Below are positions 29,401 to 37,503 of a DNA stretch of 64,000 nt, piece after piece. Positions within the stretch are counted from its first letter, which is position 1. Each line of letters opens with the position of its first letter. The position numbers were made by a program, and so were the translations under genes. Source of the DNA: Flavobacterium sp. (GTDB taxonomy: Bacteria > Bacteroidota > Bacteroidia > Flavobacteriales > Flavobacteriaceae); contig JBEDTP010000030.1 of assembly GCA_040119075.1 (NCBI GenBank), positions 1,982 through 65,981 on the forward strand, given 5' to 3'. The notes beneath the pieces were generated by a model, which worked only from the letters and a program-made list of their open reading frames with translations, was not told where the DNA came from and ran no database searches.

Positions 29401-32400
29401 GCAGGGCAATGTGCAACATCTGTGGACGTTTCAATTACTGTAAATACTGAAACGATACCTTCGTTTGTTTCACCAGCACCTATTTGTTCTGGAGATACTG
29501 CACCAGTACTTTCAAATACATCAAATAATGGAATTACGGGAACATGGTCTCCTGGAGTAGTTGATAATATGAATTCAGCTACGTATACATTTACACCTGA
29601 TGCAGGACAATGTGCTTCAACAGTTACACTTGACGTACAAGTACTTGCAACATGTACCTTTGGAACTATTGCAAGTGCCGTTTTATTGGACGACTGTAAT
29701 ACTTCAGCAAATGGAGAGTTTTTTAATACAACTTCAGGTTCTCAAACTATTGGTGCGGCAATGAATGTTTTCCCAAATAGTGATCTAGGAACTTATGTTC
29801 AATCTTCTGGGAATCTTATTTTTAATGGCGCTGAATTAAGAACATTCAAAACTGTTACATCTAATGTTTGTAGTGCAAGATTAAATTATAGAATTTATGA
29901 AGCTTCTTCTGCTCCTGGTGCGTTTACAATAGTGAACTTACCACTTCTTGAAGACTGTACGGCTGGGACTTATCCAACTGGTGGTGCTTCATGTTCAACT
30001 GGAGATCAAAGATGGCAAGAAGTTAATTCAGCAATTGATTTAACTACAAATGTTCCAGGTAATTATATTATAGAAGTTTATTATGATATAACTGGGGATA
30101 ATGATGACCCATCTCAATGTGATGATTCACTTGTTTTAGATAATGGTGGAGCATATTATTCTGCAACTTTTTCAATTCAATCAGTACCTACTTTTGTTTC
30201 AGTTAGCCCAACTACTTGTAATGGCACTGAAGGGTCTATTACAATTTCAGGATTTACACCTGGTGATACATACAGTGTTTCTTATACACAAGATTCAGGG
30301 CCAATTGGACCGATTAACTATATTGCTAATGTAAATGGGGATATAATAATTTCTAATTTACCAGCAGGTATATATACAGGGTTTAATTTTACTATTAATG
30401 GATGTAATATAACTGATGGTATCATTATAACTTTAGTGAATCCTGTTTACAATCCAACATTTAGCCAAATTGGGCCTTTCTGTGTTGGAGATGTTATAAA
30501 CTTACCTTTAACTTCAATTGAAGGATTTACAGGAACTTGGTCACCTGCTGTAGATAATACTCAAACTACAAATTATACGTTTACTCCAGATGCTGGGCAA
30601 TGTGCTACAGTGTTTACACCATATACCGTTACTGTAAACCCAGCACCTTCAGTTACTAATATTACTTCAAATACTCCAGTTTGTTTTGGAAATGATGCAA
30701 TATTTACCGTTACTGGTACAGCAAACGCAACTTTAAATTATTCAACTAATATAACTGGTTCAGGTGTAGTAGTGTTTGATGCATCAGGTTCTGCAACAAT
30801 TACTGTTTCGGCTCCTCCTGTTGGTAACGTAACACTAAGTTTATCAAATATTGATAACGGTGCTTGTAGTACTGCCTTAACAAATACATCAACAGTTGTT
30901 GTAAGAGCATTACCAACAGTAACTAACTTGTCAGCAATTAATTCATCGATATGTTTAGGAAGCAATGCTGAATTTACAATACAAGGAACTGCAAATACAA
31001 CTGTTACTTATCAAGTTAATTCAGGAAGTAACCAGACAGCAACGTTAAATACTTCTGGGCAGAGTGGAACAATTACTGTTTCTAATCCTACTACAGATGT
31101 AGTTATTCAGTTAATTAGTATTAATGACGGCACATGTGCTAATACGTTAAGTAACACTATTACTATAGTTGTCAATTCTGTACCTACACCAACTATTGAT
31201 ATTACTTCATTGCCAACATGTTCAAATCAAACTGCTGATTTTGAAGTCTTATCTCCATTAAATATGCAATTAAATACTGCTGGAGATTTATTTATTTCTG
31301 AAGTAACCGATGCTGCTACTGGCGCATTGACATATGTTGAGGTATATAACGGCACTGGAGCTACTGTTAACTTGAGCAACTATAAATTAAAAGTATTTAC
31401 TAATGGAATTGCTGCTCCAGCTTGTGATTTAGTATTATCAGGAAGTTTATTGAATAATGATGTTGTTGTTATTAAGTTGAGCGCAAGTGCTAATGCAGGT
31501 GGAGTAACTCCAGATTTAAGTTTTACAACTTGTGGAGGTGTCAACAATAACGATCAAATTGCTTTATCTTCAAGTGCTGATGTAATTTTAGATATATGGG
31601 GAATAAACGGAACAGTGTTTACTCCTGGTGTAGGCTATACGTATAGAAGATTAACAACTGCTGTTTTACCTAGTACAACTTGGGATCCATCAGACTGGAC
31701 AGTTCTTGACCCTGAAGATTATACAGATGTTGGGTTTTACACTCTTTATGTTACAGATTATGAATATATATTAGACAATGGAACGACTTCAACAACTCAA
31801 ACAAGTACTATATATACAGGTGTTGCTCCTGGAACATATACTTTAGTTGCTCACGATTTAATTACAGGTTGTTTTTCTGAACCATATACATTTACAATTG
31901 ATCCATTTGTATATGCAGAACCAGAATTAACGTTTACTTATTCTACTCCAGTTTGTATTTCTGATTTGGTAAACCCAATGCCTGACACCTCGATTGCTGG
32001 ATTTAACTCAGGAGGGACATTTACGGGAAATAACTCTAACATAGTTGTTGATCCTTCTACAGGAGAGGTAGATTTATCTTTAAGTTTCCCTGGAACATAT
32101 ACTATTACATACACATTTGCTCAAGATGCAACAAATTGTATAAATAGCGGAACCAGCCAGTTTGAATTAGTTATCAATGCGTTAGAATCTCCAACGTTCA
32201 ATGACGTAGAGATTTGTATTGGTTCTCAATTTCAATTACCTGCTGAGTCAATAGAAGGATACCAAGGAACATGGTCGCCTTTAGTTGTTGATGTTACAGC
32301 TTCTGGAACAACAACCTATTATTTCACGCCTAATAATTCATGTGGACAAGTAGGTGAACTAATAGTATTAGTTGAAAATTGTTCAATTCCAAAAGGTATT

Positions 32401-32637
32401 TCACCTAATGGTGATGGATTAAATGACAATTGGGATTTATCTAGTTTTGATGTTAAGAAGGTTCAAATTTTTAACAGATATGGTAAAGAAGTATATTCTA
32501 AATCTAATTATACTGACGAGTGGGTTGGTAAGTCAAATAGTGGTAATGAATTACCTGACGGGACTTATTACTATGTTGTTGATTTCAATGACATGTCACC
32601 TAGAACAGGATGGATTTATATTAATAGAGAGCAATAA
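26467..32637 (+). CDS. Large T9SS type B adhesin-like protein (cleaved-adhesin/choice-of-anchor J, FN3, CUB, lamin-tail, Ig-like repeats)
   Basis: EGFEGATFPPTGW; FN3 (LTPLTSYTYYVRAIC); CUB (FRSDGSVNRPGW); LFISEV...YVEVYNGTG; CTD IPKGISPNGDGLND...IFNRYG...LPDGTYYY. Confidence 0.92.
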   Translation: MKKLLLFFMSLFTFLSYGQLSEGFEGATFPPTGWTTFDNGIGLTRSWASTSTASLVYAGTKAAYLDRENVTDGTMAEDWMVTSQVTVPTNGQLRFYTRLTQAGNQGSSYTIRVSTLSQTNPGDFTTIQTWTEDNIVTTYNVYEQKVLSLTAYAGQNVYIAFVMENDNGDRWLVDNVNVDQQCFAPTTLTATPLSTSANLGWTYTGPATQFEIEYGPIGFVQGTGTIITPVTNPHNLTGLTPLTSYTYYVRAICATDNLSPWSSGMNFTTTASPPVCGGNFVDNGGATGNYTNNADVTVTIFPVNPGDKVTVTFTSFDTEATWDALYVFNGNSIAAPQIASANGAGNVPGGLAGGYWGTAIPGPFTSTAADGSLTFRFRSDGSVNRPGWTSNITCAPPPTCPRPTALTMSSVTATTANVGWTETGTATQWEVIWLPAGSPAPTAGSVGTITGLNPFTITGLSSQTSYDVYVRAICTPSTDISLWSVKATFTTQPYYCAGDNFYDQGGPSGNYLNSQNITTTICPDNPGDVVVVQFISFALENNFDFLRIYDGDNTAAPLLGTFTGTALPPQFISSAPSGCLTFNFTSDGSVTAAGWNANIICSPPPTCPQPTLLSVTNISDTDATLSWTDTYVGVSNWQIVVQPAGTGYPTGASTIINATTNPFTVTGLNPNTAYEFYVLSDCGSTDGLSFWSGPRAFNTLFAGCSGSAPAGNDCPTAAPVCNLDGYCGNTSSAYTVNSWPELNTGFCGSIENNSFLTFQATATSITMDVNVGNCTNGSGIQFYVFTAATCGSGPVTSINCFSPMNPGVNGLSFTGLTIGQTYYLMIDGYAGAVCDYSVTVTSGGSTTTDVVISPVDPTICINETVNLTATGGNGIYNWTPSTGLSATTGSTVTFTPPAPGVYTVNVQSTDTNSLCATSDFVEITVLDLMAPTFNAIAPFCEGTTAPTLSNTSTNGITGTWSPAVVDNMNSGVYTFTPDAGQCATSVDVSITVNTETIPSFVSPAPICSGDTAPVLSNTSNNGITGTWSPGVVDNMNSATYTFTPDAGQCASTVTLDVQVLATCTFGTIASAVLLDDCNTSANGEFFNTTSGSQTIGAAMNVFPNSDLGTYVQSSGNLIFNGAELRTFKTVTSNVCSARLNYRIYEASSAPGAFTIVNLPLLEDCTAGTYPTGGASCSTGDQRWQEVNSAIDLTTNVPGNYIIEVYYDITGDNDDPSQCDDSLVLDNGGAYYSATFSIQSVPTFVSVSPTTCNGTEGSITISGFTPGDTYSVSYTQDSGPIGPINYIANVNGDIIISNLPAGIYTGFNFTINGCNITDGIIITLVNPVYNPTFSQIGPFCVGDVINLPLTSIEGFTGTWSPAVDNTQTTNYTFTPDAGQCATVFTPYTVTVNPAPSVTNITSNTPVCFGNDAIFTVTGTANATLNYSTNITGSGVVVFDASGSATITVSAPPVGNVTLSLSNIDNGACSTALTNTSTVVVRALPTVTNLSAINSSICLGSNAEFTIQGTANTTVTYQVNSGSNQTATLNTSGQSGTITVSNPTTDVVIQLISINDGTCANTLSNTITIVVNSVPTPTIDITSLPTCSNQTADFEVLSPLNMQLNTAGDLFISEVTDAATGALTYVEVYNGTGATVNLSNYKLKVFTNGIAAPACDLVLSGSLLNNDVVVIKLSASANAGGVTPDLSFTTCGGVNNNDQIALSSSADVILDIWGINGTVFTPGVGYTYRRLTTAVLPSTTWDPSDWTVLDPEDYTDVGFYTLYVTDYEYILDNGTTSTTQTSTIYTGVAPGTYTLVAHDLITGCFSEPYTFTIDPFVYAEPELTFTYSTPVCISDLVNPMPDTSIAGFNSGGTFTGNNSNIVVDPSTGEVDLSLSFPGTYTITYTFAQDATNCINSGTSQFELVINALESPTFNDVEICIGSQFQLPAESIEGYQGTWSPLVVDVTASGTTTYYFTPNNSCGQVGELIVLVENCSIPKGISPNGDGLNDNWDLSSFDVKKVQIFNRYGKEVYSKSNYTDEWVGKSNSGNELPDGTYYYVVDFNDMSPRTGWIYINREQ
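29255..29630 (+). repeat. Intragenic tandem repeat, 201-bp (67 aa) period
   Basis: LSNTS.NGITGTWSP.VVDNMNS..YTFTPDAGQCA twice; diverged copies near 30450-30630 and 32190-32345. Confidence 0.8.
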
Positions 32638-32647
32638 AACACAACTA

Positions 32648-32677
32648 TGAACTACTTCTTTATTAAGGAGTAGTTCA
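32648..32677 (+). other. Intercistronic stem-loop without U-tract
   Basis: TGAACTACTTCTT...AAGGAGTAGTTCA between the cargo gene and porP. Confidence 0.6.
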
Positions 32678-32696
32678 ATAATTAATTAAATTAAAA

Positions 32697-33617
32697 ATGA
32701 ACAAACTATATTTAGTTTCGATATTATTGTTAGGCTTTATTACAGAAGGCTATTCACAACAAGATCCTCATTACACACAATACATGTATAACATGAGTGT
32801 AATGAATCCTGCCTATGCAGGAAGCAAGGAGAGCCTTTCTATGGGGTTATTGTATAGAAAACAATGGGTTGAGATAGAAGATGCCCCTACTACGGCAACT
32901 TTTTTTGGACATACTCGTGCGGGAAAGAATGTTGGCTTAGGCTTATCTGTTATTTCCGATAAGATTGGTCCTGTTGAAGAAAATAATATTTATGGGGATT
33001 TTTCATACACTTTAAATTTAGGAGAAGAGCATAGATTAGCATTTGGTTTAAAAGCAGGTATTACTTTACATAAAGTAGGTTTATATAGTGACATATACAA
33101 TACATTACCAGATGCAAATGATCCAGCTTTTTCTGAGAATACAAGTAACTCCTATTTAAACATAGGATCTGGGTTGTTCTATTATACTAATAAATATTAT
33201 TTAGGTTTTTCTGTACCAAATATGATTAAGTCTAAACATTTAGATTTTAATGGAAGAGAGTTTGGTTCAGAATATTCACATTATTTTTTTACAGGAGGAT
33301 ATGTATTTGATGTTAATGAGTCAATTAAGTTCAAACCATTTTTCATGTTGAAATCTGCATTTAGCGCTCCTACATCGTTAGATTTATCAACAAACTTTTT
33401 GTTTAATGAGAAGTTTGAAGTTGGTGTAACGTATCGATTAGATGATAGTTTTGGCGCAATGGTAAATTATGCAATTACACCTGATATTAAAATAGGTTAT
33501 GCATATGATCATATTGTTTCAGATTTGAACGTAGTAACACCATCTTCACATGAGATTATTTTACTATTTGATTTGAGATTCTCTAAAAAAGTATCAAGTT
33601 CACCAAGATATTTCTAA
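32697..33617 (+). CDS. T9SS PorP/SprF family outer-membrane protein
   Basis: QQDPHYTQYMYN...NPAYAG, YRKQW, IGYAYD, SHE, C-terminal SPRYF; follows type B cargo. Confidence 0.95.
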   Translation: MNKLYLVSILLLGFITEGYSQQDPHYTQYMYNMSVMNPAYAGSKESLSMGLLYRKQWVEIEDAPTTATFFGHTRAGKNVGLGLSVISDKIGPVEENNIYGDFSYTLNLGEEHRLAFGLKAGITLHKVGLYSDIYNTLPDANDPAFSENTSNSYLNIGSGLFYYTNKYYLGFSVPNMIKSKHLDFNGREFGSEYSHYFFTGGYVFDVNESIKFKPFFMLKSAFSAPTSLDLSTNFLFNEKFEVGVTYRLDDSFGAMVNYAITPDIKIGYAYDHIVSDLNVVTPSSHEIILLFDLRFSKKVSSSPRYF

Positions 33618-33635
33618 TTATAAAGCGACAAAAAC

Positions 33636-35510
33636 ATGAAGAAATTATATATCACCTTAAGTTTTGTAATCGCTAGTGGAATACTAAGTGCACAAAACAA
33701 AGACACAAAAGCAGCTGACAAATTATTTGATAGATATGAATACACCGAAGCGGCACAAGAATATTTAAAATTAGTAGATAAAGGCAAAGCAGATAATTAT
33801 GTGTATAAGCAATTAGCAGATAGTTATTATAATATTTTTAATACTAAAGAAGCAACAAAATGGTTTGCTAAACTAGTTGAAGAAAAACAAGATGCTGAGA
33901 CTTATTTTCAGTATGCGCAAATGCTAAAGGCTGAAGGAAATTATACTGAGGCAAATAACCAGATGAAGATTTTTTCTTCTATGAAGCCAAACGACAGTAG
34001 AGCTCAGGCATTTTCTGGCAATCCAAATTATGTTTCAGATATTACTTCTCAGTTTAAATTATTTGGTGCAACAAAATCTGATATCAGTAGTGATAAATCA
34101 GACTTTGGCGCTTTCTTAACAAACGACAATACACTTTATTTTTCAAGTGCTCGTAACACTTCAAGAAAAGAGTATAGTTTAAATGAGGAGCCTTATTTAG
34201 ATTTATATAAAGCAACCTATAATTCAAACAAAACAATTAGTGCAGCTACAGCTGTAGATAACTTAAACACAAAATGGCACGATGGTCCTGCTACGATAAC
34301 TTCAGATGGGTCAACAATGTATTTTGGAAGTGAAAGTTTCAATGAAAGAAAGGGTTTTGAAAAGGATAAAATGGAATACCAAACCTTGAAAAAGGGTAAA
34401 ATTTATCTTTACAAAGCAACAAAAGAAGGAGATTCTTGGTCAAATGCAAAATCATTACCTTTTAATGATAGAACATACTCAGTAAGAAACCCAAGTATTA
34501 GTAAAGACGGTAAAACATTATATTTTTCTTCAAATATGCCAGGCGGTTTAGGAGGAGAAGATATATGGAAAGTAAGTGTGAGTGGTGATTCTTATGGAGC
34601 ACCTGAAAATTTAGGTTCAAGAGTGAATACAGAAGGAAACGATAGTTTCCCATTTATTACTGATGATAATGTATTGTATTTTTCTTCAGACGGAAGACAA
34701 GGTTTAGGTGGATTGGATGTCTTTAAAGTTAATTTAAATGACAATTCAGACGCTATGAATATTGGTTTACCAGTAAACTCTGAGAAAGATGACTTTGCCT
34801 TTAGTTACAATACAAAACATAAAGTAGGATTCTTTTCAAGTAACAGAGAGGGTGTAGATAATATCTACATAGCTGATCCTATTTGTGGAGTTGATGCTAC
34901 TGTTACTGTTAAAGATGCTAGAACTGGTAAATTACTTCAAGGTGCTACAGTAGCTATGATAGATGAAAAACTTGAATTAGTTGGAAAGTCTGAAACTTCA
35001 GAGAATGGAGAGAGCACATTTAAAGTAAACTGTGATATGGAATACGCTGTTCAAGCTTCAAGATTAGGATATGAAAACGGAGTGGGAACAATGGAAAAAT
35101 CTGAAGGAGGGAAGACTAATGTTATGATTAATTTAGAGCCACTTAAACCAATCATAACAGAAACAGAAGTTATTTTACAGCCAATATTCTTTGAATTCAA
35201 TAGGAGTAATATTACAGCAGAAGGAGCAGCTGAGTTAGATAAGTTAGTTGAGGTAATGAATGAACACCCAGAAATGGTAATATTTGCTAAATCGCATACC
35301 GATAGTAGAGGTGGAAACAAGTACAACATGAACTTATCTGAAAGAAGAGCTAAATCAACGGTTCAGTATGTAATTTCTAAAGGAATTGCAAAAGAAAGAA
35401 TTACTGGTCAAGGTTTTGGAGAAACTGAACCAAAAGTAGATTGTACAAAATGTACTAACGAAGAACACGCACAAAACAGAAGAAGTGAATTCTTAATTGT
35501 TAAAAAATAG
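33636..35510 (+). CDS. PorE-like TPR/PD40/OmpA_C peptidoglycan-binding protein
   Basis: TPR N-terminus, LYFSS...GG.D PD40 repeats, SHTDSRG...NMNLSERRA...NRRSEF. Confidence 0.93.
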   Translation: MKKLYITLSFVIASGILSAQNKDTKAADKLFDRYEYTEAAQEYLKLVDKGKADNYVYKQLADSYYNIFNTKEATKWFAKLVEEKQDAETYFQYAQMLKAEGNYTEANNQMKIFSSMKPNDSRAQAFSGNPNYVSDITSQFKLFGATKSDISSDKSDFGAFLTNDNTLYFSSARNTSRKEYSLNEEPYLDLYKATYNSNKTISAATAVDNLNTKWHDGPATITSDGSTMYFGSESFNERKGFEKDKMEYQTLKKGKIYLYKATKEGDSWSNAKSLPFNDRTYSVRNPSISKDGKTLYFSSNMPGGLGGEDIWKVSVSGDSYGAPENLGSRVNTEGNDSFPFITDDNVLYFSSDGRQGLGGLDVFKVNLNDNSDAMNIGLPVNSEKDDFAFSYNTKHKVGFFSSNREGVDNIYIADPICGVDATVTVKDARTGKLLQGATVAMIDEKLELVGKSETSENGESTFKVNCDMEYAVQASRLGYENGVGTMEKSEGGKTNVMINLEPLKPIITETEVILQPIFFEFNRSNITAEGAAELDKLVEVMNEHPEMVIFAKSHTDSRGGNKYNMNLSERRAKSTVQYVISKGIAKERITGQGFGETEPKVDCTKCTNEEHAQNRRSEFLIVKK

Positions 35511-35540
35511 AGAGTTAGTTAAATAAAGTTAATATTTACT

Positions 35541-35572
35541 AAGCCTCCATATTAATATGGAGGCTTTTTTTT
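35541..35572. terminator. Terminator between convergent genes
   Basis: AAGCCTCCATAT-TA-ATATGGAGGCTT followed by a T-tract. Confidence 0.85.
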
Positions 35573-36020
35573 AATTATCAGAGGCAAACCATTCTGCAAA
35601 TGAAGTTTCAGTTTCTTGAAGTTTCAGTGAGAACAAATTAATGTTATTAGGTAGTCTTTTTGAAATTTTTTCGGCAAAATCGATTACCATATTCTCACTA
35701 GTTGGTTGATAGTTTACTAAAATTACATGATGACCTCTGTCTTTCAACTCCTTTGCTAATTCTATGTGAGGAGTGTTTTTATTAAAAACAGTAGCGTGAT
35801 CAAAATTATCAACAATTTCTTCTTTAACGATTTTCTTTAAATCAGTAAAATCTATAACCATTCCATATTTTACATTTGAAATATCGGTAATTGGTTTTCC
35901 AATTACGGTCACAGATAATTTATAACTATGACCGTGAACATTTTTGCATTTTCCATCATAACCATACAATGCATGTCCGGTTTCAAAAGTAAATTGCTTA
36001 GTTATTCTTATGTTACTCAT
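35571..36020 (-). CDS. queD: 6-carboxytetrahydropterin / 6-pyruvoyl-tetrahydropterin synthase
   Basis: FETGHAL..YDGKCKNVHGHSY, IDF..LK, DH, PTSEN, LQETETS. Confidence 0.9.
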   Translation of the reverse strand: MSNIRITKQFTFETGHALYGYDGKCKNVHGHSYKLSVTVIGKPITDISNVKYGMVIDFTDLKKIVKEEIVDNFDHATVFNKNTPHIELAKELKDRGHHVILVNYQPTSENMVIDFAEKISKRLPNNINLFSLKLQETETSFAEWFASDN

Positions 36021-36040
36021 AAATAAGATTATTATAAATG

Positions 36041-36095
36041 CAAATTTACTAAATAAATGTTACTTAATTTTATTTAGTAATTAACACTATATTTG
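36041..36095. promoter_or_regulatory. Divergent -7 promoter boxes (queD / oxygenase)
   Basis: CAAATTTA (TAAATTTG on -) at 36041-48 and TATATTTG at 36088-95. Confidence 0.55.
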
Positions 36096-36109
36096 CCCAC
36101 TTTTTAAAT

Positions 36110-36730
36110 ATGTATAGCTTGGAATTAAATACGCAATATGAAAAGATTATAAATGATCTTTTAAACCAGCAATACAGTATTGTTGATGATTTCTTTTTGC
36201 CTGAAGAAGTTCAAAACCTTCGTTCAAGTTTGATTAATAAATATGATGAAGAAGATTTTAAAAAAGCTGCCATAGGAAACCAGTTTAATGAGTTAATTGT
36301 TAAAGCTATTCGCGGAGATTTTATTTTTTGGATTGATGAAAAACTTGCAAATAAAGAGGAGCAAGTGTTTTTTGATAAAATAGCACACTTTACAAACTAT
36401 TTAAACAGAACGTGTTTTTTAGGAATTCAAGAAAGAGAATTTCATTATGCTTTATATCCTGAAGGGACTTTTTACAAGAGGCATTTAGACACTTTTCAAA
36501 ACGATGATAGTAGAAAGCTTTCACTAGTTTGTTATTTAAATGATGAAGATTGGCTGCCCGAATATGGTGGCGAATTAGTTATCTACAAAGAGGACGAAAA
36601 AGATATTAAAATTTACCCGTTGAAAGGAAGATTGGTGGTTTTTGAAAGCCAAATTCTTGAGCATGAAGTTAAGCCAGTAAAACAAGAACGTTTAAGTATT
36701 ACGGGATGGTTAAAAACAAGAAAGCTGTAG
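36110..36730 (+). CDS. 2OG-Fe(II) oxygenase, PHD/EGLN (SM-20)-like
   Basis: IRGD.I.W, YKRHLD, YLN..W....GGEL, HEV, R.SITGW. Confidence 0.9.
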   Translation: MYSLELNTQYEKIINDLLNQQYSIVDDFFLPEEVQNLRSSLINKYDEEDFKKAAIGNQFNELIVKAIRGDFIFWIDEKLANKEEQVFFDKIAHFTNYLNRTCFLGIQEREFHYALYPEGTFYKRHLDTFQNDDSRKLSLVCYLNDEDWLPEYGGELVIYKEDEKDIKIYPLKGRLVVFESQILEHEVKPVKQERLSITGWLKTRKL

Positions 36731-36750
36731 TTTCATACTACAGCTTCTTT
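36722..36750. terminator. Hairpin between convergent genes
   Basis: AAGCTGTAGT-TTCAT-ACTACAGCTT overlapping the stop codon. Confidence 0.7.
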
Positions 36751-37502
36751 TATTTTTTAAATTTTTTTAAAGCTTGTTTTGTAAATTCAGATAAAACTAG
36801 CCTTCCAGAAATTTCAGCTCTTTCATAAAGTAATGTGTTCCAATTTTCGGTTCCTTCCCACATTACTTTTTTCATTTCATTAAGGGCTTCTGAATTATAA
36901 CTGGAAAGATTTGAGGCAAAAGTATCTAATGAAGTGTCTAATCCTTCAATTGAATCAAATAATTGGTTAAATAACCCTTTATTTAGTCCCCATTCTGCAT
37001 TTTTCCATTCAGTAGCAGCTAAAGTCATTTCTGACATTGAAGTTTTTCCAATTTTTCTAGATACAGCAGGTTCTATTACAAAAGGACCAATCCCTATCGC
37101 TAATTCGGATAATTTTGTTGAAGCATTGTTTGTTGCAAAAACATAATCACATGCAGAAATTATTCCTACTCCACCACCAACAGCTTTTCCATGAACCCTT
37201 CCAATTATTATTTTGGAACAGTTTCGCATAGCATTGATTACATTTGCAAAACCTGAGAAAAACAATTTTCCTTCTTCAAAATTGCCCACCGCTAAAAGTT
37301 CGTCGAATGATGCTCCTGCGCAAAAAGCACCATTGCCTTCACTTTTTAAAACGATTAAATTAATAGAGTTATCAGTACTCAGGACATTCAACTCTTGTGA
37401 TAAATTATCAAGTAATATACTAGGAAAAGAATTACTTGCAGGATGAAAAAAACTAACAGTTGCTATATTATTATTTATAGAGGTCTTAATTATTCCGTCC
37501 AT
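36750..37502 (-). CDS. Enoyl-CoA hydratase/isomerase family protein
   Basis: AFCAGA, GKAVGGGVG...CD, LSELAIGIGP. Confidence 0.92.
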   Translation of the reverse strand: MDGIIKTSINNNIATVSFFHPASNSFPSILLDNLSQELNVLSTDNSINLIVLKSEGNGAFCAGASFDELLAVGNFEEGKLFFSGFANVINAMRNCSKIIIGRVHGKAVGGGVGIISACDYVFATNNASTKLSELAIGIGPFVIEPAVSRKIGKTSMSEMTLAATEWKNAEWGLNKGLFNQLFDSIEGLDTSLDTFASNLSSYNSEALNEMKKVMWEGTENWNTLLYERAEISGRLVLSEFTKQALKKFKK

Positions 37503-37503
37503 A

